A model generated the notes under the pieces. That model was not told where the DNA came from. It worked only from the letters and a program-made list of their open reading frames with translations, and did not search any database. Shown here in pieces: positions 37,460 through 46,184 of a stretch of DNA of 64,000 bases (within the stretch, counting starts at the first letter, position 1; the number at the start of each line of letters is the position of its first letter). Where the stretch lies: IMG/VR virus record IMGVR_UViG_3300020057_000029, positions 32,001 to 96,000 of that record; one strand, 5' to 3'. The position numbers were made by a program, and so were the translations under genes. The stretch comes from a virus.

Positions 37460-37740
37460 ATTTTTCCTCTAAAAAATTCTTCGTTAATAGTATATCTAGT
37501 TTCTACACGAGCATTTGGATATTGAGAGTGCCCTTTAAGTATCGAACTGTTATGATAACAGATCGCCCTGTCTCCGTCAACTACCGTGGACATTCTTTTC
37601 ATGTTGTTCAATTTCCAGGCGATTCCCAATATGAATCGGGCCAAGATCATAGGGAGCTTTAGGTCTTCTGCTACAAGGTAGCCCTGAGATAAGTATTTGG
37701 CATCAACCATATTGAACCAGTTATTAAAGGGGCGTTTCAT
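37447..37740 (-). CDS. Hypothetical protein
   Basis: 97-aa ORF in operon. Confidence 0.55.
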   Translation of the reverse strand: MKRPFNNWFNMVDAKYLSQGYLVAEDLKLPMILARFILGIAWKLNNMKRMSTVVDGDRAICYHNSSILKGHSQYPNARVETRYTINEEFFRGKIWKK

Positions 37741-38890
37741 TTTCGTCCTTTTCGTCTTTTAAAGGGATCGATGGCCTGCCGGACTCCTGCTCCGCAAAGG
37801 AGCGAGCATATAGACGGTCAATCTTGTTCTTGTGAACCTCATCGATAAACGCCTGGTTATATTCTACAAAAGCCCCCTTTCTATAGCCAGTAAAAAATGA
37901 AGATCCTACGGCTTCGTTGAAGCGAGACTTATGGATTATCCATTCAGTTCGTAGATTTGCGCGGTCAGCGACCATTTCCATGATCATCGTAGAAGGATCT
38001 GTAATGATCTTGCGCCCTTTAATACGGTGTTCCACTGGAACCTTTTTATCCTTATCTGGCGGCAAGACTTGGGCAAAAATCACGATTGGGGCTGGATATT
38101 CATTCTTATAACGGTCCAAAGAATTAGCCAAACGAGCTTGAACTTCATATTCAGTCATGTGTGGATTGAGCTTGGAGTGCTTAATATTCTGATAGTAATC
38201 AATAATAACCACATCATAATACTCTTTGTTTTGAATCAGGCTATCGAAAATACCCTCTATCCCCTCGATTGTAGTTGTAACCCCATGGTTTCCACTGTAA
38301 TTATTATCGATCACATTCATGCGCCCATTTTCTGCTAAGAGCGGAATCCATTTATCAAAAGTGTGCTTCTGCTCATCGGTAAATTTGTCGTGATTTACGT
38401 AGGCCCATCCCTTGCTTAAACAGGTGATCCTGTTGTAAACGTCTTCTGCACGTTCCTCATTCGTAATAACCAAAACCCTACGACCCTTTTTGGTCTGAGG
38501 GTTGATCTGTCGTAAGGTTTCACGAACAATATTGGCAGCAGTAGTAGATTTTCCATCACCAGTCTTGGCAAGCATCAACAAAAGATTTTTGCGGAAATAC
38601 GGCACAATACCAGAAAAAGATGGGCCGATAAACTTCATACCATTACGGGCAGCATCGATATACTCTAGATTTTGTCTACGGAGCTCTGTAATAGCCCCCT
38701 CAGACATTTTGCCGTAATCAGTATTCTTGGATTTAGCAAGCTCTTCTTCAACGCGAGTTATACGGTCAATTTCGAGAGTGGCTTTTCGATCACGCAACAC
38801 AAGCTCTTTGGAATTGAGCTCCTTGCGTTTCTTCGCTTCTTCGGCTTCTTTTTCTATATTTGCTTGGAAGTCTTTGATTTCATCACTCAT
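37724..38890 (-). CDS. DnaB-like (SF4) replicative helicase
   Basis: Walker A AKTGDGKST, ITNEE, Walker B VIIDYYQ, VIFAQ, HKSRF. Confidence 0.8.
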   Translation of the reverse strand: MSDEIKDFQANIEKEAEEAKKRKELNSKELVLRDRKATLEIDRITRVEEELAKSKNTDYGKMSEGAITELRRQNLEYIDAARNGMKFIGPSFSGIVPYFRKNLLLMLAKTGDGKSTTAANIVRETLRQINPQTKKGRRVLVITNEERAEDVYNRITCLSKGWAYVNHDKFTDEQKHTFDKWIPLLAENGRMNVIDNNYSGNHGVTTTIEGIEGIFDSLIQNKEYYDVVIIDYYQNIKHSKLNPHMTEYEVQARLANSLDRYKNEYPAPIVIFAQVLPPDKDKKVPVEHRIKGRKIITDPSTMIMEMVADRANLRTEWIIHKSRFNEAVGSSFFTGYRKGAFVEYNQAFIDEVHKNKIDRLYARSFAEQESGRPSIPLKDEKDENETPL

Positions 38891-39365
38891 CGGAATCGAA
38901 TCCTAACATTTGTGAAAGCTCACTGTCAATCTCAGTCACTGGCAATGGATCTTTAAAAATAGAACGGTCAAGCTCCTTGCCAAAACGCGGCACTTCTTCC
39001 TCTTCCTCTTCTGTCTTATCAGGCTTTGGCGCTTGTGGCGTGATTTTTAATTTTTCGGGTTTTGTTTCCTCGTCAGTTAGCTTAGAAAACTCCTTATCGG
39101 CCCAAATCCGCGAAGTTGCCGTATTGAAAAGTCCTTCTAGGATATTTTTCCAGATTTTAAGCTTTCTCCTGTCATGTCTTGGGTTGGTGCAACGGATAAG
39201 CACCTTGGATCTAACCAAGGTCACGCTTTCTTTCTTGCCACCGCGATCTTTAAGTGTTTTCAACAGGATCATAAACGCTTCAATGCGTTCATCCTGGCCC
39301 TTGGGCAAGATGTTGTTGTCAAGTCTGTCCAGCCATGCTTCAATGGTCAGGTCCAAATCTTCCAC
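38883..39365 (-). CDS. Hypothetical protein
   Basis: 160 aa, overlaps the helicase start. Confidence 0.7.
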   Translation of the reverse strand: MEDLDLTIEAWLDRLDNNILPKGQDERIEAFMILLKTLKDRGGKKESVTLVRSKVLIRCTNPRHDRRKLKIWKNILEGLFNTATSRIWADKEFSKLTDEETKPEKLKITPQAPKPDKTEEEEEEVPRFGKELDRSIFKDPLPVTEIDSELSQMLGFDSDE

Positions 39366-40283
39366 TCAAATCTCCAATTTCGTTAGCCATTTCCGAGCAG
39401 TCTTGATTTCATCGGAATAATATGGCCTATCTTCATATTTTGCTATAAACGAGCGCAGCTGTCTAGCTTTTTCTGACATAGACTGATTGTTAAATCTGCG
39501 CTTCTTAACTCTCCAGTACTTTTCTTCTTCCTGGGTAGAGAAGTAGATTTGCTCTGGCGTATGATTGTGAGCGTTGTCATAGGGGTCTAAATCAGCCCCA
39601 GTCAGGTCAATAGGGTCCAAGCTACGTTGCTCTATTGGAACAGATATGTACCACATATCGCCAAACATGAACGAGCGTTCGTTCTTCGATACTTGAGCCT
39701 TCTTGCGTATAGACTTGAATACGGCCAGGTCTATCTTGCGATACCCATAATTCTCATAGCCCTTAATTAGATTCCTAAGGATTTTTGGAGGTGCGGCCTT
39801 GCCATGATAAAGATGGAATTCTTCAGCAGGAAAACCTTTGATGTTACGAGCTTTTTGACGGCAAACACGAACAAGATCTTCCATTCGCTGTCTTAAGAAA
39901 ATTGTGAAATTAGCCTTGTTCTTATTTAAAAATTCCCACGCCTCTGGAATATGGTTCTTTGTACGCTCGATTATTTTGATAAACTCGTCATACTTGGCAG
40001 GCATTTTTTCCATTGAAAACAGACCAAGATAAGAAACGAGATGGCACTGACCTACGCTGTCAATATCCTCTACAGAAAACCCTACAGCATGGAACAGGCC
40101 ATGATAGGTGTAAAAAGTCTTTTTAGAGACCCTTTTGATAATGTGCATATAAGGCCCCATTTCTATTTTAGTTGGATTGGCCCTGGACTTGCGAAAATAT
40201 TGATGTCTTAAATAGCAGAGTTCAAATTCGTTTTTTGAATGAATCTTCTTTTTATTTGCCTTTGGTCTCATTATTTCATTCAT
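39366..40283 (-). CDS. Hypothetical basic protein, possibly a divergent sigma/transcription factor
   Basis: GFSVEDIDSVG..HLVSYL...NFTIFLRQRMEDLVR loosely resembles sigma region 2; GGAGA RBS. Confidence 0.45.
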   Translation of the reverse strand: MNEIMRPKANKKKIHSKNEFELCYLRHQYFRKSRANPTKIEMGPYMHIIKRVSKKTFYTYHGLFHAVGFSVEDIDSVGQCHLVSYLGLFSMEKMPAKYDEFIKIIERTKNHIPEAWEFLNKNKANFTIFLRQRMEDLVRVCRQKARNIKGFPAEEFHLYHGKAAPPKILRNLIKGYENYGYRKIDLAVFKSIRKKAQVSKNERSFMFGDMWYISVPIEQRSLDPIDLTGADLDPYDNAHNHTPEQIYFSTQEEEKYWRVKKRRFNNQSMSEKARQLRSFIAKYEDRPYYSDEIKTARKWLTKLEI

Positions 40284-40297
40284 ATATCTCCAAAAAA

Positions 40298-40459
40298 TGG
40301 GTCAGGCAAGACGCTACCTTGCTAGCCCTGGTCATGGGAAGTATCCTTCCCAGCAGCGGCTTCGACGTTGCAATCGCCAACGTGTCTCCAGTGGCGTGAA
40401 CCGCTTTGTTCAAGCGTTATTAAGTTCACACGTCCACAGCTTTCCACGTAGCTAACCCA
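40298..40459 (-). ncRNA. Candidate structured RNA / cis-regulatory leader (~162 nt)
   Basis: Closing stem TGGGTTAG/CTGACCCA encloses four hairpins; G-U pairs favour the minus strand. Confidence 0.55.
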
Positions 40460-40472
40460 AAATGTTAAATCG

Positions 40473-41543
40473 TTAAACAGAGTCCTTGGCAATTACCGCA
40501 GTGATCACCTGAGCATATAGCTCAGCATCGTCCCGTAGAGCAAAAGCACATTCTTTTTTACCATTAAACTTGCGGTCACCAATTTTGTAGGTTTTCGTAC
40601 CTTCCCTGGTAATTGCACCGACATTGTAACCTAGAAAAAAGAGTTCTTCATGCTGATTAGACATGCCTTTTTTGTAATCCAAAAAGAACACTCCAGCACG
40701 GCCTGACTGACCGATTGAGCTTTGTTCCATTTTGACATAGATCTTATGTCCGGTAACAAGCTCTTGCCCACGGGCGTCTTTAGTCTCTTCCTCAGTAAAG
40801 GTCTTTCCTTCGATATCGGTCTTATCTTCAGAGGCACCAGCCTTCTTGAAAGAGATGAAATACTCGAATCCGTGCTTCGTAGCCCAGCTTTCGGCCATTT
40901 TTTCTTTTGGCGCGTACTTATTCACTGCGTCCACGTTACCGCGCATCTGAGAAGTAGCGATTAAAGGAATCTTATTGCGCTTACAGAAAGGCACGAGTTT
41001 CATTAGACCAATAGATACCGTTAGAGCGTGATCGCCAACCAAGTGATTGGATACGGAGTCAGTAGCATCACGCTTAACACCCATAACGTTCGTTAGGGAG
41101 TCGATTGCAATCAATCCGAGAGGCATACCGTCTTGAACCATTGGCTTGATGTCTTTTTCGATACGGTCAAACACTTCTTCAGCGCTGTTGGTATCATAAA
41201 TGGTCATATAGTCTTTGTCGATCTCAGGAAAAGCATCGTGTTGAAGCTGTCCACGCATCTCGGTATTGAAGATCAAACAGTGACGCTTTTCATCCTCAGT
41301 CTTGTCTTTGTCTTCACGCTGGATCTGTAGAACCATTGCGTAAACAGCAAGAGATTTACCTGCTTTGGGCTCAGAGAATAGAAGGATGGAAGCATTCTTA
41401 GGGCATCCATGGGACTTATTTGCGAAAATCCAGTTAAAATAGGGACTTGGAGTACTGATTACATTCTCTTTTGCGTAAGAATCGTATTCGTAATTTACAG
41501 TGTCTTCATAAGCACGAAGTTGCTTTAGGTATTTGTTTGCCAT
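40473..41543 (-). CDS. recA: RecA/UvsX recombinase
   Basis: Walker A SEPKAGKS, NTEMR, IAIDSL, TSQMR; C-terminal domain ending ...FNGK...LRDDAELY. Confidence 0.85.
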   Translation of the reverse strand: MANKYLKQLRAYEDTVNYEYDSYAKENVISTPSPYFNWIFANKSHGCPKNASILLFSEPKAGKSLAVYAMVLQIQREDKDKTEDEKRHCLIFNTEMRGQLQHDAFPEIDKDYMTIYDTNSAEEVFDRIEKDIKPMVQDGMPLGLIAIDSLTNVMGVKRDATDSVSNHLVGDHALTVSIGLMKLVPFCKRNKIPLIATSQMRGNVDAVNKYAPKEKMAESWATKHGFEYFISFKKAGASEDKTDIEGKTFTEEETKDARGQELVTGHKIYVKMEQSSIGQSGRAGVFFLDYKKGMSNQHEELFFLGYNVGAITREGTKTYKIGDRKFNGKKECAFALRDDAELYAQVITAVIAKDSV

Positions 41544-41556
41544 TTTATTTCCTTTT

Positions 41557-42075
41557 TTATTTCTTGCCAGAGGTAACGTACATTTGGTCTGCAGTTAGAC
41601 CTGATCTGATAATCAAGTCCATGCGTTTTCGCATATATCTGCAGACGTTCTCTAAAACCTTGATTCGACCATCCACAAAACTTTCTATCGCTTTGAGCAT
41701 AGCAATCCTGTCCAGGGCCTCAACGTAGTCAGCGTCTTGGATAAGATAGGCCTTACGCATATCAGCGTTGTCTTGCGACTTAGGCCTATCCTTCATGAAA
41801 TCAGGGTATTTATCGATAAGCACTGTAGCTTTTGCTTGCTCCAGTGCTTTATCTGCCATTGCTAATTGATAAGTAACAGTAGCGTGGTGACGCTTGAGTT
41901 CTCGATAGGATTCATTGTAAGAGTGTTCCAAATCGGTATAAGTGATTGGGTTGACATCTTTAGCTTCGATGAAACGGAGTTCCGCTTCCTTCGTTGCGTT
42001 GAGATCCAGCTCAATCTTTGGCGTACCCTTAAAAGGGGGTATCACCATTTTCTTATTATCGATTTGGTCAGACAT
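41557..42075 (-). CDS. UvsY-like recombination mediator
   Basis: Helical; NADMRKAYLIQDADY pattern; located between SSB and RecA. Confidence 0.5.
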   Translation of the reverse strand: MSDQIDNKKMVIPPFKGTPKIELDLNATKEAELRFIEAKDVNPITYTDLEHSYNESYRELKRHHATVTYQLAMADKALEQAKATVLIDKYPDFMKDRPKSQDNADMRKAYLIQDADYVEALDRIAMLKAIESFVDGRIKVLENVCRYMRKRMDLIIRSGLTADQMYVTSGKK

Positions 42076-42078
42076 TTA

Positions 42079-43092
42079 CTATAACCCCACTGACTTTAAA
42101 AATTCAGCATCTTCCTGTTCAGCTATCTTTTGAGCGGTAGTTAGAGCTGGCGCAGCTACTGGCGCAGCTACTGGCGCAGCTACTGGCGCAGCTACTGGCG
42201 CAGCTACTGGCGCAGCTACTGGCGCAGCTACTGGCGCAGCTACTGGCGCAGCTACTGGCGCAGCTACATCTTCGTCTTCATATCCAGTATCATCGGCAAC
42301 AAACTTGGAACCACCATTTGCCGCTCTGCCATATTTACCATCAAGAATCTCGTCTACAGCAGTAGCGCCTTCATTTACGATACGCTGAACTTCTTCCGAA
42401 GTAGGCTTAGTGATCATCTTATCGAGCTCACGGGTTTCAAACTCAAGTCGATCTTGGATTTCTGGAGTAAGAACATGAACCATATCACGTTCTACCTTGC
42501 CAACACCTTGAACATCAAGAACCTGTTTATACACTGACACTTGAACCAAAGTATCAAGGCCCATTCCAGAGCGGTCAAAGTTGAAGAAACGCCCATCATT
42601 TGCAGAAAGAGGGTCTTTGCCTTCAGTGCGTAATTGTTTGATAACTGAGTCTAAAGCTAGTTTTGCCCTATGACGAATTTTCAGCACACCAATGTTACCT
42701 TGAAGGTCCATTGCATTCACGTAATGGTGACTGTCCATGTTATACAAAGGCTTTTGACCACCAAAAAACTTGAACAGGGCGGCTTCTTGTTCTTTGTTGC
42801 CGCTAGCCTTAGCGGCTTCAAGCATAGCTTTTCCTGTAGCTATGCGATTCTTAGCAGCATCTGGGCTATCGATCATTTTGGTTTTATGATTCCTGATCTC
42901 AGAGCTCTGGAAAGTACGCATTTTACCTTCAGAATTCTTATATCCATAATGGATGGACATGAACACAGACCAACGACCATCGTCGGCCAGATCACCGAGA
43001 GGGGGAAGGATACGAAACGTAGAACGTCCGTCCTTGAGTTTAAAATAGTTTTTCTTAGATTCGCCGCCGTAACGTGCATTGCCGATTTTCAT
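42079..43092 (-). CDS. Single-stranded DNA-binding protein (gp32-like)
   Basis: YFKLKDG...FRILPP, IHYGY, DPLS..DGR.F.F.RSG.G..T; acidic tail ending EDAEFLKSVGL. Confidence 0.75.
   Translation of the reverse strand: MKIGNARYGGESKKNYFKLKDGRSTFRILPPLGDLADDGRWSVFMSIHYGYKNSEGKMRTFQSSEIRNHKTKMIDSPDAAKNRIATGKAMLEAAKASGNKEQEAALFKFFGGQKPLYNMDSHHYVNAMDLQGNIGVLKIRHRAKLALDSVIKQLRTEGKDPLSANDGRFFNFDRSGMGLDTLVQVSVYKQVLDVQGVGKVERDMVHVLTPEIQDRLEFETRELDKMITKPTSEEVQRIVNEGATAVDEILDGKYGRAANGGSKFVADDTGYEDEDVAAPVAAPVAAPVAAPVAAPVAAPVAAPVAAPVAAPVAAPALTTAQKIAEQEDAEFLKSVGL
42147..42267. repeat. Perfect tandem repeat, 12 bp x 10 (VAAP)
   Basis: CTGGCGCAGCTA x10 in the SSB linker. Confidence 0.97.
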
Positions 43093-43106
43093 TGATTACT
43101 CCTTGG

Positions 43107-43412
43107 TTATTTGATTCGTTTTCCGTTGATTGTAGCGTAAGCGCCTTTGATACGTGTTTTGATTACGATGGTTTTAGAGTTGATCTCAAAAGTACCATCT
43201 TTCCGTTCCAAGAATGAGCCCATGCGAGTGTTTTTCTTGGAACGTATCACTCTAGCAATTGTCTCGCCCTTTTCAGTTTGAGTTTCGCCCAAAAGCATGA
43301 GTTCAGTAATCCCAGTCTTAGTGTCGAATGAAAGAACGCCAAGAATATTGGCACCGTGCATATCGAAGACTTTTACTTTCTTTTTGTGTGTATTTTTTAT
43401 CGTAAGTTTCAT
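43107..43412 (-). CDS. Hypothetical basic protein
   Basis: 101 aa with GGAG RBS. Confidence 0.7.
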   Translation of the reverse strand: MKLTIKNTHKKKVKVFDMHGANILGVLSFDTKTGITELMLLGETQTEKGETIARVIRSKKNTRMGSFLERKDGTFEINSKTIVIKTRIKGAYATINGKRIK

Positions 43413-43447
43413 AGCTCTCCTTTGATTAGTAGTCAGATCAATCCCAG

Positions 43448-44020
43448 TTATTCGGTCAAAATAGTATCAGTCAGGTCAGCCTTGGCCAGGATAGCCTCAG
43501 TCAGGTTTGCCCCAGACAGGTTTGCCACGAAAAGGTTTGCCCCAGACAGGTCAGCCCCGAATAGGTTTGCCCCAGTCAGGAAAGCCCCAGACAGGTTTGC
43601 CCCGAACAGGTTTGCCCTAGTCAGGTCAGCCTTAGTCAGGTTTGCCCCGAACAGGTTTGCCCTAGTCAGGTCAGCCTCAGTCAGGTTTGCCCCAGACAGG
43701 TTTGCCCCAGTCAGGTCAGCCCTAGTCAGGTTTGCCCCAGACAGGTTTGCCCCAGTCAGGTTTGCCCCAGTCAGGTTTGCCCAAGCCAGGTTTGCCTCAG
43801 ACAGGTTTGCCCCAGTCAGGTTTGCCCCAGACAGGTTTGCTAAAGCCAGGTCAGCCCCAGTCAGGTTTGCCCTGGTCAGGTCAGCCCCAGACAGGTTTGC
43901 TAAAGCCAGGTTTGCTAAAGTCAGGTCAACCCCAGTCAGGTTTGCCTTTTCCCCACCTTCTTCACCTTTTAAAAACATAGCATGTAGCTTAAGGATGTTA
44001 TCTAAAATTTGCTTTTCCAT
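43448..44020 (-). CDS. Pentapeptide-repeat protein 5
   Basis: A(N/D)L(S/T)G repeats after the [13 protein letters not shown] head (alternative start 44026). Confidence 0.93.
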   Translation of the reverse strand: MEKQILDNILKLHAMFLKGEEGGEKANLTGVDLTLANLALANLSGADLTRANLTGADLALANLSGANLTGANLSEANLAWANLTGANLTGANLSGANLTRADLTGANLSGANLTEADLTRANLFGANLTKADLTRANLFGANLSGAFLTGANLFGADLSGANLFVANLSGANLTEAILAKADLTDTILTE

Positions 44021-44039
44021 ATTCATCTCTTAAATTTTT

Positions 44040-44417
44040 TTATCGGCCAAAAATAGTATCAGTCAGGTTTGCCCCAGTCAGGTCAGCCTTGGCCAGGATA
44101 GCCCCGTAAAGGTCAACCCCAGTCAGGTCAGCCCCAGACAGGTCAGCCTTGAACAGGAAAGCCCCAGACAGGTCAGCCTTGAACAGGTTTGCCCCGGTCA
44201 GGTTTGCCTGAGACAGGTCAGCCCCAGTCAGGTCAGTCCAAGACATATTTACCCCAGACAGGTTTGCCCCAGTCAGGTTTGCTAAAGTCAGGTCAACCCC
44301 AGTCAGGTCAGCCCCGCGTAGGTCAACCCCAGACAGGTTTGCCCTTTCCCCACCTTTTTCACCTTTTAAAAACATAGCATGTAGCTTAAGGATGTTATCT
44401 AAAATTTGTTTTTTCAT
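44040..44417 (-). CDS. Pentapeptide-repeat protein 4
   Basis: Same head and repeats; 125 aa. Confidence 0.93.
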   Translation of the reverse strand: MKKQILDNILKLHAMFLKGEKGGERANLSGVDLRGADLTGVDLTLANLTGANLSGVNMSWTDLTGADLSQANLTGANLFKADLSGAFLFKADLSGADLTGVDLYGAILAKADLTGANLTDTIFGR

Positions 44418-44419
44418 AT

Positions 44420-45193
44420 TTACCTCGTGATAATCTTGTTTTTAATTAAATTGAGCGTGTACTCCACGTTCTCAGCATTAGTGTTTTTCAAAGTATTGAT
44501 ACTGCGCTCTTTGAAACCTTTAGGTGCCTTACCAACAGTAACCATTGCTACGTTTGGTGTCAAGCGTTTAAGTGTGTCTAGCAAAGAAATTGCCAAATTA
44601 GGATCTTGCATACTAAGTACAATTGGAGTTACTTTCTCAGCATGGCCTTTTGCGATTGCAGTATCAGTAACAGCTTGTACTGCATTGATACCAACAATTT
44701 CCGAACCCATCTGATCATTGATAGCTTCTTTTACCAATTCACGAAAGTCAGATTCATTATTAAGCATACGGCGATAGCTTGCCTTGAAAATTAGCTGAGG
44801 ATAGCCGATAATACCAAGCTTTAGAGCAATATCTTCTAAATGGCTGGAAAGAGTCCCAAGCATACTGGAGGTAGACTCACGGCCTTTGTAAAGCTGTGGA
44901 TTTACACGAGCAGCCAAATCGGTATAGAAAGTTTCTGGGTCAGCTTTTAATACACCGTAGTCTTTTTCTAGAGCATCGGCGAGCTGATCGCTTTCCGAAC
45001 CAACAGCGAGGATGAACACTACAGAGCGCATGAGCTCTTGAGCATATTCTGTACGGAGAAGCTTTAGCTGTTCAACAGCCTGGCGTTGACGACCGCGACG
45101 AGCGTTTAGAGTGGTTACTTCACCAGTTTCCACGTCTTCTTCGGCAAGTGCCTTGTTTGTCTTAATTTTTTCTACTAGTTGTTGCAATGACAT
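44420..45193 (-). CDS. Hypothetical protein, possible degenerate nucleotide-kinase fold
   Basis: VFILAVGSESDQLADAL.K.YG looks like a P-loop kinase N-terminus lacking GKT/S. Confidence 0.6.
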   Translation of the reverse strand: MSLQQLVEKIKTNKALAEEDVETGEVTTLNARRGRQRQAVEQLKLLRTEYAQELMRSVVFILAVGSESDQLADALEKDYGVLKADPETFYTDLAARVNPQLYKGRESTSSMLGTLSSHLEDIALKLGIIGYPQLIFKASYRRMLNNESDFRELVKEAINDQMGSEIVGINAVQAVTDTAIAKGHAEKVTPIVLSMQDPNLAISLLDTLKRLTPNVAMVTVGKAPKGFKERSINTLKNTNAENVEYTLNLIKNKIITR

Positions 45194-45195
45194 AT

Positions 45196-45546
45196 TTACT
45201 CCTTATTTGTTTTCTTATCGGCCAAAATAGTACCAGTCAAAACAGTACCAGAAAGGTTTGCCCCAGCAAGGTTTGCCTTAGACAGGTCAGCCCCAGACAG
45301 GATTGCCCCAGTCAGGTCAGCCCCAGTCAGGTCAGCCCCGGTCAGGTTTGCCTTAGACAGGTTTGCTTTAGTCAGGAAAGCCCTAGAAAGGTTTGCCCCA
45401 GACAGGTCAACCACAGACAGGTCAGCCTTAGACAGGTTTGCCTTAGACAGGAAAGCCCCAGACAGGTTTGCCCTTTCGCCACTTTCTCCATCTTTTAAAA
45501 ACATAGCATGTAGTTTAAGGATGTTATCTAAAATTTGCTTTTCCAT
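45196..45546 (-). CDS. Pentapeptide-repeat protein 3
   Basis: Same head and repeats; ATG after a GAGGTG RBS. Confidence 0.93.
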   Translation of the reverse strand: MEKQILDNILKLHAMFLKDGESGERANLSGAFLSKANLSKADLSVVDLSGANLSRAFLTKANLSKANLTGADLTGADLTGAILSGADLSKANLAGANLSGTVLTGTILADKKTNKE

Positions 45547-45555
45547 ATTCACCTC

Positions 45556-46182
45556 TTAAATTTTCTTATCGGCTAAAATAGTATCAGTCAGGTTTGCCTT
45601 AGACAGGTTTGCCCCGAACAGGAAAGCCCCAGCCAGGAAAGCCCCAGACAGGTTTGCCCCAGACAGGTTTGCCTCGAACAGGTCAGTATCTGCCAGGAAA
45701 GCCCCAGACAGGTTTGCCCCGCGTAGGTTTGCCTTAGTCAGGTCAGCCCCAGTCAGGTCAGCCCCAGTCAGGTTTGCCCCAGACAGGTTTGCCCAAGCCA
45801 GGTTTGCCTTAGACAGGTTTGCCCCGCGAAGGTCAACCCCAGACAGGTCAACCCCAGACAGGTTTGCCTCAGTCAGGTTTGCCTTAGACAGGTTTGCCCC
45901 AGACAGGTCAACCCAAGTCAGGTCAGCCCTAGTCAGGTCAGACCCAGTCAGGATTGCCTCAGTCAGGTCAACCCCAGACAAGTCAGCCCCGTAAAGGTTT
46001 GCCCCAGACAGGTTTGCCTTAGACAGGTTTGTCTCAGACAGGTCAACCCCGCGAAGGTCAGCCCCAGACAGGTCAACCCCGAACAGGTCAGCCCCAGACA
46101 GGCTTGCCCTTTCGCCACTTTCTTCACCTTTTAAAAATATAGCATGTAGTTTAAGAATATTATCTAAAATTTGCTTTTCCAT
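45556..46182 (-). CDS. Pentapeptide-repeat protein 2
   Basis: 208 aa, same family. Confidence 0.93.
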   Translation of the reverse strand: MEKQILDNILKLHAIFLKGEESGERASLSGADLFGVDLSGADLRGVDLSETNLSKANLSGANLYGADLSGVDLTEAILTGSDLTRADLTWVDLSGANLSKANLTEANLSGVDLSGVDLRGANLSKANLAWANLSGANLTGADLTGADLTKANLRGANLSGAFLADTDLFEANLSGANLSGAFLAGAFLFGANLSKANLTDTILADKKI

Positions 46183-46184
46183 AT

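Noticed and set aside
40298-40459. Assignment as glycine riboswitch, SRP RNA, tRNA or hammerhead ribozyme
   Set aside because: Only fragmentary motif similarity: glycine P3 pairing is absent, the SRP-like GGTCA...AGCAG is on the disfavoured strand without a GNRA loop, and there is no T-loop/cloverleaf or CUGANGA core.
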